Positions 46,989 through 56,277 of a DNA stretch of 64,000 nt are shown here, in pieces. Location of the stretch: the NCBI GenBank assembly GCA_019090315.1, contig JAHRWD010000013.1, positions 60,585 to 124,584 on the forward strand, read 5' to 3'. Every line of letters begins with the position of its first letter. The first letter of the stretch is position 1. The notes beneath the pieces were generated by a model that saw nothing but the letters and a program-made list of their open reading frames with translations, made no database searches and was not told where the DNA came from. Position numbers and translations under genes: made by a program. This stretch comes from Pseudomonadales bacterium. GTDB lineage: Bacteria > Pseudomonadota > Gammaproteobacteria > Pseudomonadales > JAHRWD01.

Positions 46989-47782
46989 GTGATTTCCTGC
47001 TTCATGCGCTTATAGCCGGACTCGGTATTGCATTGGTGTGCGGGCCTCTCGGGGCTTTTGTAGTCTGGCGTCGTATGTCCTATTTTGGTGAAACCCTTGC
47101 GCACTCAGCACTGCTGGGTATTGCGCTGGGGTTTATGCTATCGATCAACCTCAATATTGCGGTGGTAGTGGTTTGCCTGGTATTGGCGGTGATACTGGTC
47201 GCGCTGGAATACAATCAAACGATAGCGACGGATACGCTGCTGGGCATTATGGCCCACGGTAGCCTGTCCGCCGGGCTGGTGTTGGTGGCACTGCTTGAGG
47301 TGCGGATTGATCTGATGGGATTACTGTTTGGTGACCTATTGGCGGTTAGTCAGGCGGATCTTTGGTGGATATTGATCGGCGGCCCTCTGATCCTGCTGCT
47401 GCTATGGCTGTTATGGAAGCCGTTGATCTCGATTACCCTGCATGAGGAATTGGCTGAGGTTGAGGGCGTTGCGGTTCGCCCAGTCAAGCTGGCGCTGATG
47501 TTGATGATTGCACTGGTGATCGCAATAGCGATGAAAATAGTGGGTATCCTGTTGATCACGTCGCTGCTGATTATTCCTGCGGCCACCGCACGTTATCTAG
47601 CAAAAACCCCCGAACAGATGGCGATTATTGCGAGTATCATCGGCTGCCTATCGGTATTGGCCGGCCTGTCTGGTTCCTATCAGTTTGATACACCGACCGG
47701 CCCGACAATTGTATTGGCAGCCACTATACTGTTTATCGTTATTTTCGCGGGAACCTTACGGAGGCATGGATCAAAAAGATAA
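46985..47782 (+). CDS. znuB: Zinc ABC transporter permease ZnuB
   Basis: An 8-TM ABC-3 family permease whose start overlaps the znuC stop (ATGA). Confidence 0.9.
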   Translation: MSDFLLHALIAGLGIALVCGPLGAFVVWRRMSYFGETLAHSALLGIALGFMLSINLNIAVVVVCLVLAVILVALEYNQTIATDTLLGIMAHGSLSAGLVLVALLEVRIDLMGLLFGDLLAVSQADLWWILIGGPLILLLLWLLWKPLISITLHEELAEVEGVAVRPVKLALMLMIALVIAIAMKIVGILLITSLLIIPAATARYLAKTPEQMAIIASIIGCLSVLAGLSGSYQFDTPTGPTIVLAATILFIVIFAGTLRRHGSKR

Positions 47783-47820
47783 CATTTAACCGGCTGTCGG
47801 ATTTTGTCGAACTGACAAGA

Positions 47821-48633
47821 TTGAATCGGCCGATTGGCGTCCTGTTGCTGTTGTGGCCAACCTGGTGGGCACTTTGGTTGGCGGCGGAGGGTATGCCATC
47901 CTGGCACAATCTGCTGGTGTTCACTCTGGGTATCGTGCTGATGCGCTCCGCAGGCTGTGTGATAAACGACTATGCAGATCGTAAACTTGATGGCCATGTA
48001 AAACGCACCGAAGAACGACCCATACCCAGTGGACGAGTTAAAGCATCCGAGGCGTTAATCCTGTTTGCCGCACTCTGTGTGATAGCCTTTTTACTGGTAC
48101 TGTCCACCAACAAGCTTACTATCTATCTGTCAGTGGTTGCGCTGCTGCTTGCTGCAAGTTATCCGTTTATGAAACGCTACACCCATCTTCCCCAGGTGGT
48201 TCTAGGTGCTGCGTTCGGATGGGGAATTCCGATGGCTTTTGCAGCGGAAATCGGTGAGGTACCCAACATCGCCTGGCTGGTTTTTTGCGCCAACCTGGTA
48301 TGGACTGTGGCCTATGATACCTATTATGCGATGGTTGATCGGGGTGACGACATCAAAATTGGTGTAAAATCCACCGCCATACTTTTTGCCGAAGCCGATA
48401 AGATGATGATTGGAATGATGCAGGGGATTACCCTGTTTATTCTATTGCTGTTGGTTCAGCACAGGGAGTTGGGCGCCAGTTACTATCTGGGGCTGGTGAT
48501 CGCAGCAGGGCTGTTTGGCTACCAGCAATTTATTACCCGGGAGCGTGATCGGGATGCCTGTTTCCGGGCTTTTTTAAACAATAACTGGGTTGGTGCTGCT
48601 ATATTTGCCGGTATCGCCCTCAACTATTTATAG
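47821..48633 (+). CDS. ubiA: 4-hydroxybenzoate polyprenyltransferase UbiA (5' end unresolved)
   Basis: NDYADRKLDGHVKRT and YDTYYAMVDRGDDIKIG are the Asp-rich motifs. Homology continues upstream of the tracked TTG start; see the finding. Confidence 0.85.
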   Translation: MNRPIGVLLLLWPTWWALWLAAEGMPSWHNLLVFTLGIVLMRSAGCVINDYADRKLDGHVKRTEERPIPSGRVKASEALILFAALCVIAFLLVLSTNKLTIYLSVVALLLAASYPFMKRYTHLPQVVLGAAFGWGIPMAFAAEIGEVPNIAWLVFCANLVWTVAYDTYYAMVDRGDDIKIGVKSTAILFAEADKMMIGMMQGITLFILLLLVQHRELGASYYLGLVIAAGLFGYQQFITRERDRDACFRAFLNNNWVGAAIFAGIALNYL

Positions 48634-48709
48634 TCTGGGACCTTTGCACTAGAGCCACTTTGCTCCCATGTATAAAGCCCCGGTCTTTTCATTTTTTAAC
48701 AGGAAGCCA

Positions 48710-49009
48710 ATGCAACTAACCCAGGCACAAAAAAAACAGTTTCGTACCATAGGTCACAGCCTCAAACCAGTGGTAACCATCGCTGACAAAGGATTATCCG
48801 AATCCGTTTTTGCTGAACTGCAGCGGGCACTGGATGATCATGAGCTGATTAAAGTACGAATAAGTACTGGTCGGGATGAATTGAAAGTATTGCTTGAAAA
48901 GATTACTGCGGATTGTAATTGCGAATGTATTCAACGGATCGGCAAAATTGCGCTACTTTTCCGTGCGGCCAAAGAGCCTAAAAAACATCTCTCCAATATT
49001 CCGCGTTAG
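48710..49009 (+). CDS. yhbY: Ribosome-assembly RNA-binding protein YhbY (CRM domain)
   Basis: A 99-aa protein reading LTQAQKKQFRTIGHSLKPVVTIADKGLSESV...HELIKVRI. An AGGAAG RBS precedes the ATG at 48710. Confidence 0.85.
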   Translation: MQLTQAQKKQFRTIGHSLKPVVTIADKGLSESVFAELQRALDDHELIKVRISTGRDELKVLLEKITADCNCECIQRIGKIALLFRAAKEPKKHLSNIPR

Positions 49010-49020
49010 TCGGATGTTCT

Positions 49021-49053
49021 GAATAAAGCGCTGTGCGTACAGGCGCTTTATTC
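49021..49053. terminator. Bidirectional terminator hairpin
   Basis: An 11-bp perfect inverted repeat, GAATAAAGCGC-N11-GCGCTTTATTC, between convergent yhbY and the OMP gene. Confidence 0.65.
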
Positions 49054-49081
49054 AGTGATTCCGGGTCTTTTGTTTGAGCTG

Positions 49082-49828
49082 TTATAGATGAAAGGTCGCG
49101 CTGAGATAAGCGCCATCAAATGTACTGTTTATCATCACATCATCGATATCATCAAACTGTAGATCGATCGATCGATAACCCAGTTCGACGCCAAATCCGA
49201 GCATGATTTCGTAGGCAATATAGCCCCGTATATCCGATAACGTGTTGCCATCGTAGCCAAGATAGCTGACTTCCGCCCCCATACTTAAGTCGGTGGAAGG
49301 TACATCAAACTGAACCTTGCCATACAGGGTTGGTATCGGAGCAGAGAGGTCAATCGCTTCATCAGCGGATGCACTATCAATGGCTAACTTACCATCAAAC
49401 AGTTTGACGTTTATCCCTAAATCAATTGAAACCCAATTGTCGAGAATCTCGTAGTACAGGACGAAATCGGTGTGTGATAAATCAAGCTCACTGTTTATAT
49501 CTTCGCCAACGGTGTAGGTGATGCCGTCAAACTTGATTTCTCTGGTAAGGGTGCTGGAGCTGCTATAGCTTAGGTCGGTATGCTCGATTTTCAGGTTTGG
49601 AATAAGGGGAATGAAGTGCTCAATGGCAACGGAGACCACGACGCCGGTTTCACTGTCCATTCCAAGATCTGATTCCAGGTCAATAACGTCTCCGTTATCG
49701 CTTACACCGCCAGATGGTGCCTGGCTCCAGCCACCGGCTTTTACATAAAGCCCAAACAGGGTATCAGCAGAAACGGTTGTAGAGGCTAAAAGTCCGGCCA
49801 GGCCGGTGGCGATTATCTTTGACTTCAT
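49082..49828 (-). CDS. Outer-membrane beta-barrel protein (TIGR04219-like)
   Basis: A signal peptide, alternating beta-strand pattern and a C-terminal aromatic residue (SATFHL). The family assignment is from memory only. Confidence 0.6.
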   Translation of the reverse strand: MKSKIIATGLAGLLASTTVSADTLFGLYVKAGGWSQAPSGGVSDNGDVIDLESDLGMDSETGVVVSVAIEHFIPLIPNLKIEHTDLSYSSSSTLTREIKFDGITYTVGEDINSELDLSHTDFVLYYEILDNWVSIDLGINVKLFDGKLAIDSASADEAIDLSAPIPTLYGKVQFDVPSTDLSMGAEVSYLGYDGNTLSDIRGYIAYEIMLGFGVELGYRSIDLQFDDIDDVMINSTFDGAYLSATFHL

Positions 49829-50025
49829 TCTGTAAGCTCCAAAATTTGGTGAGATGGTTGAGTATAGCTTAGAGAATTTAAGGGATGGCTGGGTGTGACG
49901 ATAGTGCGCCGGTCAATTGAGTACTTGTTCACAGAATGAGATCTTTGCGCGCGAGCAAAATGGTTCTCCCGTTCAAAGGACTCGTAGTGAATAGAATATC
50001 AGGCTCGGGACATCGCTCTGCGAGC

Positions 50026-51303
50026 TTATTTGTTGCTAGTGGCTGTGGTGCCGGGTAGTTTTACCAGGGCGATTGCAATTGCAGCAATAAACCACGCACC
50101 AAAAAATATCTCGAAGGCATACAGGTAACTGCCGGTTTGGTCATAGATCCAGCCTGCAAGCGGTGTCATTGCGCCCTGTATTGGCAGGGTTGCGGGTCGC
50201 ATCAGGCCCATGACTCGTCCAAAGGATAAGCGGCCAAATACTGCTCCGGAAATCGCGCCGTTTAGTGGTACAACACCACCCATACCAAAGCCGTACATCG
50301 CCGCTGATGCAAGCAATAAGTTGTAGCCATCAAATAGCAGTATGCCCAGTGCACCGATGGCCTGGGTTGCAATACATACCCATACCGCAAACTGTGGGTG
50401 AAAATTATCAATCAACCAGCCGAAAACAACTTTACCGAGTACGCCGAGAGTAGCTGCGACGGATAGAGCAAAAGCCGCTTGTTCGATGTTGTACCCCATG
50501 TCCATTAACTGCGGCACCAGATGGATCAATATGGCCTGGAACACCCCTACCAATATTGCGAATGTCAGCGCGATTAGCCAAAAGTTGGATGATTTGAGAA
50601 TTGCCGAGCTGGTCCATTCGGTTTGAGGCTCAATGGCAACAGGCGGCGCATCATTTTCAATGATTTCGCCATCGGGTAGCTGGCCTACATCTTCGGGTTT
50701 GGTGATCACCCAGAGCAGAACCACTGGAATAGCCAATACCAGAATACTGACCGCAAAAATCATGTAGCTTTGGCGCCAGCCATATTCGTCGATCAAAAAT
50801 GAGGATAGCGCAGGCATCAACACGCCGGAGCCTGATATGCCCATGGTCGCTATACCGAGAGCGAAACCGCGTTTTTTTACAAACCAGTTAGCCACCAGTT
50901 TGCTGGAGGATTGACCGCCCATGGTAGAGCCGCCGATGGCCAATAGAGTGCCGGCGATAAAATAGAACTGCCACATTGCAGTGATCTGGCTCAGTAACCC
51001 ATAACCAGTGGCCAGCATCAGTGCACCGACGATCATGATCGGTTTGATGGAGCTTTGTTTATCGAGTAATTGCCCGATAAATGGCCCGAAAATAGCCCCT
51101 ACAATTCCGCTGATCATAAAGGCCAGGGATACACCCAGACGGGTTGCACCAAACTCTTGGGTCAGTGCCATAAAGAAGATGCCGAAGGAGTAGAAGAAAA
51201 AGCCTACCTGAATAAAATCGAGGAAAAAGGCGATTCCCGTCATTCGCCAGCCGGCGAAGCTCTTTGGGTGGTTTTTATGGTTTTCGGGAAGATCTTGAGC
51301 CAT
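50026..51303 (-). CDS. MFS transporter
   Basis: 12 predicted TM segments with an MFS-like loop motif. I chose the ATG at 51303 (MAQDLPENH). Confidence 0.8.
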   Translation of the reverse strand: MAQDLPENHKNHPKSFAGWRMTGIAFFLDFIQVGFFFYSFGIFFMALTQEFGATRLGVSLAFMISGIVGAIFGPFIGQLLDKQSSIKPIMIVGALMLATGYGLLSQITAMWQFYFIAGTLLAIGGSTMGGQSSSKLVANWFVKKRGFALGIATMGISGSGVLMPALSSFLIDEYGWRQSYMIFAVSILVLAIPVVLLWVITKPEDVGQLPDGEIIENDAPPVAIEPQTEWTSSAILKSSNFWLIALTFAILVGVFQAILIHLVPQLMDMGYNIEQAAFALSVAATLGVLGKVVFGWLIDNFHPQFAVWVCIATQAIGALGILLFDGYNLLLASAAMYGFGMGGVVPLNGAISGAVFGRLSFGRVMGLMRPATLPIQGAMTPLAGWIYDQTGSYLYAFEIFFGAWFIAAIAIALVKLPGTTATSNK

Positions 51304-51425
51304 GCGTGTGTCCGAATCTGTGTAGACGTTAGTTGTGTTTGTTAAAACAGCACGCCAGTATGGCACATATAAAAAATGGATATAAAGCTAGCGATAATAC
51401 GGTGAAAAGGAAGGTTTTCCACGCA

Positions 51426-51468
51426 TAAAAAAGCCGCTCGAGGGGATGTACCCCGGAGCGGCTTTTTA
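51426..51468 (-). terminator. Rho-independent terminator after the acyl-CoA ligase gene
   Basis: Stem AAGCCGCTC/GAGCGGCTT, with a T-run on the minus strand. Confidence 0.7.
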
Positions 51469-51481
51469 ATCGGTGAAGCGA

Positions 51482-53170
51482 CTAAGAAATATTCATAATC
51501 TTCTTAACATCCGGCTTCATGATTTTGCCATTGGCGTTACGAGGTAGAGGCTCGTTCAATTGATCGATACGAACCGGCACTTTGAAACCAGCCAGCTGAG
51601 CTTTAACGTGATCCTTCAGTTCCTGCTCGCTTACTGATCCACCGGGGCGAATCTGTACCAATGCACCGACCTCTTCGCCAAGTACTCGATGAGGAATACC
51701 GACAACCGCCGCATCCATCACATCAGCGTGACTATAAAGCGCGCTTTCAACCTCTACACAGTAAACGTTTTCACCACCACGAATCAGCATATCCTTGGCG
51801 CGGTCAGCGATATAAAGGAAACCATCTTCATCCATACGACCGATATCTCCGGTGTGCAACCAGCCATCACTGAAGCTTGTTTCATTGGCTTCTGGCTTGT
51901 TCCAGTATTCAGAGATCACCTGTGGGCCTTTGATCCAGATTTCACCCAGCCCTTCGGTGGGTACATCTGCGCCACTTTCATCAACAATTTTTACTTCACA
52001 AACAGGCGCCTGTACACCGGCGCTGCTTGGTTTGGTTTCGTAATCTTCTGCTGAGCAGGATGTGGTCAGGGCAGAGGTTTCGGTTAAACCGTAACCATTG
52101 CTGGGTTTTACCTGTGGGAATGATTCCTGAATTCGACGAACCAGCTCAGGAGAGGAGGGCGCGCCGCCATAACCAATGCTTTCAACACTGGAAAGGTCTG
52201 CCTTTTCGAAACCGGGAGATTCCAGTACCTGCCAAACCATTGATGGCACGCCGCCAAAGGAGGCGAGTTTTTCGGTTTGGATCAATTTGATGGCATCTTC
52301 TGGATCCCATTTGTACATCAAAACAATCTTGTTTCCAGCGAAGGTATTTCCGCACAGCATGGCGTGACAACCGGTTGCGTGAAACAGCGGTACAGAGAGC
52401 AGATGGCCCGATTGCTCAGTGGGCGGAACCGGTACACGACCGTAACGAATTTCTGTACGCATCCGCACAAATGCGCCACTGATCAGGTTTGAACAGAGGT
52501 TTAGGTGGGAGCCTAAGGCGCCCTTTGGATTGCCGGTGGTGCCGGAGGTATAAAAAATTGTGCAGTCATCTTCCGGTGCAACTTCAACATCGGGAACCTT
52601 GTCATCAGCGGAGGGTGTACCGAGTATATCTTCGTAGCGCTCAACACCTGCTGGCAGATCGCCTTCACGAATCATTACGCAGTTTTTAAGGTCTGGTAGT
52701 TCAGACATATGGCTTTGCGCCATATCGATACGCTGTTTGTCGCCGAACAGTAATTTGGCGTTGGAATCGGCCAGCCCGTAAGCAAGCTCGGTGCCTTTCC
52801 ACCAGGCATTCAAAGGAACGATAACCGCACCAATGCTGGTCACCGCCCAGAAAACCACCGGCCATTCGGGATAGTTACGCATCGCCAAAGCAACACGCTC
52901 ACCTTTTTTGATACCGTATTTTTGTTGCAGTACGTTGGCCAGTTTGGCAACTGCATGATAATTCTGTTCGTAGGTGACGCGCTCGCCTTCGTAGACGATG
53001 TAGTCACGATCGAAGAAGTTACGTGTGTTTTCAAATACCTGGCGAAGGTTCTTCGGGGCCATTTTCCAGGCTTTAAGGTCGACACCCTTGACGGTAATAT
53101 CTTCCATTTCAAACATTCCGCCTGGTGCGGCTAATAACCGTTTGTTGGCTTCTTCTATCGATAGGGGCAT
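51482..53170 (-). CDS. AMP-dependent acyl-CoA synthetase/ligase (class I adenylate-forming)
   Basis: AMP-binding motif IFYTSGTTGNPKGA, followed by GYGLTET, TGDIG and the C-terminal NGKIMK. Confidence 0.85.
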   Translation of the reverse strand: MPLSIEEANKRLLAAPGGMFEMEDITVKGVDLKAWKMAPKNLRQVFENTRNFFDRDYIVYEGERVTYEQNYHAVAKLANVLQQKYGIKKGERVALAMRNYPEWPVVFWAVTSIGAVIVPLNAWWKGTELAYGLADSNAKLLFGDKQRIDMAQSHMSELPDLKNCVMIREGDLPAGVERYEDILGTPSADDKVPDVEVAPEDDCTIFYTSGTTGNPKGALGSHLNLCSNLISGAFVRMRTEIRYGRVPVPPTEQSGHLLSVPLFHATGCHAMLCGNTFAGNKIVLMYKWDPEDAIKLIQTEKLASFGGVPSMVWQVLESPGFEKADLSSVESIGYGGAPSSPELVRRIQESFPQVKPSNGYGLTETSALTTSCSAEDYETKPSSAGVQAPVCEVKIVDESGADVPTEGLGEIWIKGPQVISEYWNKPEANETSFSDGWLHTGDIGRMDEDGFLYIADRAKDMLIRGGENVYCVEVESALYSHADVMDAAVVGIPHRVLGEEVGALVQIRPGGSVSEQELKDHVKAQLAGFKVPVRIDQLNEPLPRNANGKIMKPDVKKIMNIS

Positions 53171-53337
53171 AGTAATTACCTTATTTAAATCTGCATTGAA
53201 AAATTAGTGTTTGAACCCGACAGGGTAGTTAAATACGCCGGCATATTGTACAGCATACGTCGGCTTCTGATGAGTGTTAACGGCTCTAAACTGGCGGTTT
53301 GTCAGACCATTGAATAAATACAGGAGCACAAATGTAG

Positions 53338-53625
53338 ATGACCATTGCTACGGAAGAACAACTGCAATCATTTTTGTCAGAACAATCCCACTGGATTTTG
53401 CAAAACGGCAAACTCCACAGGGAATATTCCTTTCTCGATTTTATCGAAGCCTTTGGCTTTATGACTCAGGTTGCGTTGCTTGCGGAGCGGCACAACCATC
53501 ATCCCGAGTGGTTCAATAACTACAATAATGTCAGTGTTGATCTGGTAACCCATGAGGAAGGGGGTATTACTGAGCTGGATTTTTTGATGGCACAGAATAT
53601 GGAAGATGTATTTGAGGTGAGTTAG
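53338..53625 (+). CDS. phhB: Pterin-4a-carbinolamine dehydratase
   Basis: A 95-aa protein with the HHPEW motif and the conserved F.DF..A..F pattern. Confidence 0.85.
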   Translation: MTIATEEQLQSFLSEQSHWILQNGKLHREYSFLDFIEAFGFMTQVALLAERHNHHPEWFNNYNNVSVDLVTHEEGGITELDFLMAQNMEDVFEVS

Positions 53626-53654
53626 GAGCATGTTGGGTTTAGGAATGACACCGA

Positions 53655-53686
53655 TAAAAAAGCCCCGCTGATGCGAGGCTTTTTTA
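53655..53686. terminator. Bidirectional terminator hairpin
   Basis: A6-GCCCCGC-tgat-GCGAGGC-T6 with one mismatch, between convergent genes. Confidence 0.6.
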
Positions 53687-53701
53687 TTGTAAGAGCTGCA
53701 G

Positions 53702-54841
53702 TTAGCTTACGCCAGGCAGTGCTCCGGCGGCTTTAAGTGAAGCCACTTCATCCGCAGAAAAGCCCCATTCGGCCAATACTTCATCCGTATCTTCTCCCGG
53801 ACGTCGGGCCGGGTTACGAATTTCAGCTTTGGTACGGCTGAATTTTGGAGCCGGATTAGGCTGAACGATTCCGTTAATCTCGGTGTAGGAATTACGGAAT
53901 TTATTGTGGGGGTGGTCAGGCGCTTCGATCAGTGAAATTACCGGTGCAAAGCATACATCGGTACCCTCCATGATTTCACACCATTCATCCCGTGTTTTGG
54001 TTTTGAATACTTCGGTGATTTTGTCCTTGAGTTCAGGCCACTTGCCCTTGTCGTGTTGAGGAGCAAACGTTTCAGGGTCCAGATCAGCTTTCTCGATCAG
54101 CAGCGCGTAGAACTGGGGTTCAATAGAGCCAATGGAGATGAAGCCGCCATCGGATGTTTCGTAGGTATCGTAGAAATGCGGTGCGCCATCCAGCATATTG
54201 GTGCCGCGCTGGTCACTGAACATACCACTGGGCAGCATGGAATACATCATGCCCATCAGGGCTGCAGAGCCTTCGACCATAGAGGTATCAACCACCTGAC
54301 CTTTGCCGGATGTTTTGGCTTCCAGCAATGCGCAGACCATACCGAAGGCCAGCATCATGCCGCCGCCGCCAAAATCGCCCACCAGGTTAAGTGGTGGAAC
54401 GGGTTTCTCACCCACACGGCCAATTGCGTGTAGTGCACCGGACAGCGAAATATAGTTGATATCGTGACCAGCAGCCTGTGACATAGGCCCATCCTGGCCC
54501 CAGCCAGTCATACGGCCATAAACCAGTTTTGGGTTGCGAGCCATACATGCGTCGGGGCCAATGCCAAGGCGCTCGGTTACGCCGGGGCGAAAACCTTCGA
54601 AAATCGCATCTGCGCCTTCACAAAGTTTAAGAACCGTTTCGATACCTTCCGGCGACTTTAGGTTTACCGCGATTGATTTACGGTTTCGTGCCAGAACATC
54701 CGTTGGAGCTGGGCCATCCAGATCGGCTTTTCGATCAACTCGAATCACCTCTGCACCCATGTCAGACAGCATCATGCCGGCGAACGGGCCTGGCCCAATA
54801 CCTGCAATTTCAATAATTTTTACACCTGTTAATGGTCCCAT
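53702..54841 (-). CDS. Family III CoA-transferase (CaiB/BaiF), alpha-methylacyl-CoA racemase-like
   Basis: The N-terminus reads GPLTGVKIIEIAGIGPGPFAGMMLSDMGAEVIRVDR, with the conserved catalytic Asp region (NLVGDFGGGG). Confidence 0.85.
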   Translation of the reverse strand: MGPLTGVKIIEIAGIGPGPFAGMMLSDMGAEVIRVDRKADLDGPAPTDVLARNRKSIAVNLKSPEGIETVLKLCEGADAIFEGFRPGVTERLGIGPDACMARNPKLVYGRMTGWGQDGPMSQAAGHDINYISLSGALHAIGRVGEKPVPPLNLVGDFGGGGMMLAFGMVCALLEAKTSGKGQVVDTSMVEGSAALMGMMYSMLPSGMFSDQRGTNMLDGAPHFYDTYETSDGGFISIGSIEPQFYALLIEKADLDPETFAPQHDKGKWPELKDKITEVFKTKTRDEWCEIMEGTDVCFAPVISLIEAPDHPHNKFRNSYTEINGIVQPNPAPKFSRTKAEIRNPARRPGEDTDEVLAEWGFSADEVASLKAAGALPGVS

Positions 54842-55056
54842 GGAGCGCTCCCTGTTTATTATTTTTTAAATGATTCAGCGACCAGATTTCCGGGTCCGCT
54901 GGTTTTGCATTGTGTTTGTTCGGTTAACCCAAAAATGGTATCGGCATCGCCGATGGAATACAAATCAAATAACACGGATCTACTGGCTTTTGGTAAAGAA
55001 AATTTGCTGCTGTTGTCTTATAATGCCTCGGCTATAGATAATAAAATCAACTATCT

Positions 55057-55219
55057 GAGACCTTTGCCCAAGAGATGATTTTGTTTTCAGGCAAGGCAAA
55101 AATGCGCGGAGAGAGGGAGTTTACAGTTGTAAATGACCGATTGAGCACTTTTTAACCAAAAGTAGGCGCGATTAAGGCGACGCAGCATGGGAGCAAAATG
55201 GCTCTTGGGCAAAGGTCTC
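55057..55219. repeat. 163-bp element bounded by perfect 18-bp inverted repeats
   Basis: GAGACCTTTGCCCAAGAG (55057-55074) and its exact reverse complement (55202-55219) bound the element. A central palindrome, TTTACA-GT-TGTAAA, lies at 55120-55133. Confidence 0.7.
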
Positions 55220-55250
55220 TATTTCTAGTATCGACAAAGGAGTTCATAGA

Positions 55251-56171
55251 ATGGGCGCATTAACAGGTAAGGTTGCCGTTGTAACCGGTGGCGGAAACGG
55301 AATTGGTAGACAGATGGCACTACACTTTGCGAGCGAAGGCGCCAAAGTGGTAGTGAATGATCTTGGCGGAACCCGTGATGGTAGCGGTGAAAGTCGTGTT
55401 GCGGATGAAGTGGTTGCAGAGATCAAGGCTGCTGGTGGCGAAGCCGCGGCCAACTATGATTCGGTAGCTACAATGGAAGGCGGTCTGGGTATTTTCCAAA
55501 CTGCAATTGACGCATTTGGCGCGATGGATATTCTGGTCAACAATGCCGGGATTCTGCGTGATAAGACTATTTTCAAAATGACCGAACAGGAATGGGATCT
55601 AGTGATTGCTGTTCACCTGAAAGGTCACTTCTGTGTCAGCCAACCTTTCGCACGTTATATCCGTGAAACCAATCGTCCTGGTTGCCGTATCATCAACTTC
55701 AGTTCGATCTCTGGTTTGATGGGTAACTTCGGCCAAACCAACTACTCATCCGCTAAAGCGGGTATTGCTGGTTTCACCCGTACACTTGCCATCGAACTGA
55801 AAAAATATGGCACGACTGTAAATGCGTTCTCTCCAGTTGCGACTACTCGTATGACAGCTGATCTGGTTGCTGCTGCTGAAGGTGGTAAAGAAGAAGAGGT
55901 GGATCTGGATGATCCAATGACAGGTGGGCATACTATTTCACCTATCGTTACATGGCTGGCGTCGGATAAGGGCGCCGGTATTACTGGACAGGTAATCCAT
56001 GGTGGTCGAGGTACTCTGGGAATTATGTCTCAGAACCAGATATTCAAATTGGTTGAAACTGACCACGTCTGGAAACTTTCAGAGCTTGATAAGATCATTC
56101 CAGGCATGTATGAAGCAAAACAGGCGCATGATGCTGAAGTTGCTAAAGGTGCAGAGCCCGTTAAGGTTTAA
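55251..56171 (+). CDS. SDR-family oxidoreductase (MFE-2/hydroxyacyl-CoA dehydrogenase-like)
   Basis: TGGGNGIG cofactor motif, NNAG, and the catalytic Y-x3-K (YSSAK). An AAGGAG RBS is present. Confidence 0.85.
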   Translation: MGALTGKVAVVTGGGNGIGRQMALHFASEGAKVVVNDLGGTRDGSGESRVADEVVAEIKAAGGEAAANYDSVATMEGGLGIFQTAIDAFGAMDILVNNAGILRDKTIFKMTEQEWDLVIAVHLKGHFCVSQPFARYIRETNRPGCRIINFSSISGLMGNFGQTNYSSAKAGIAGFTRTLAIELKKYGTTVNAFSPVATTRMTADLVAAAEGGKEEEVDLDDPMTGGHTISPIVTWLASDKGAGITGQVIHGGRGTLGIMSQNQIFKLVETDHVWKLSELDKIIPGMYEAKQAHDAEVAKGAEPVKV

Positions 56172-56221
56172 CGGTTGTTTCTCTGACCACTGTCTTGAGA
56201 TTAGAGACAGGGGATGGAAAT

Positions 56222-56253
56222 AAAAAAGCGGCTTTTTATAAGCCGCTTTTTTT
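56222..56253. terminator. Bidirectional rho-independent terminator
   Basis: A6-GCGGCTT-ttta-AAGCCGC-T7-type hairpin, between convergent genes. Confidence 0.75.
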
Positions 56254-56277
56254 GTGCCGGTTACTTATAGGTCTGGG

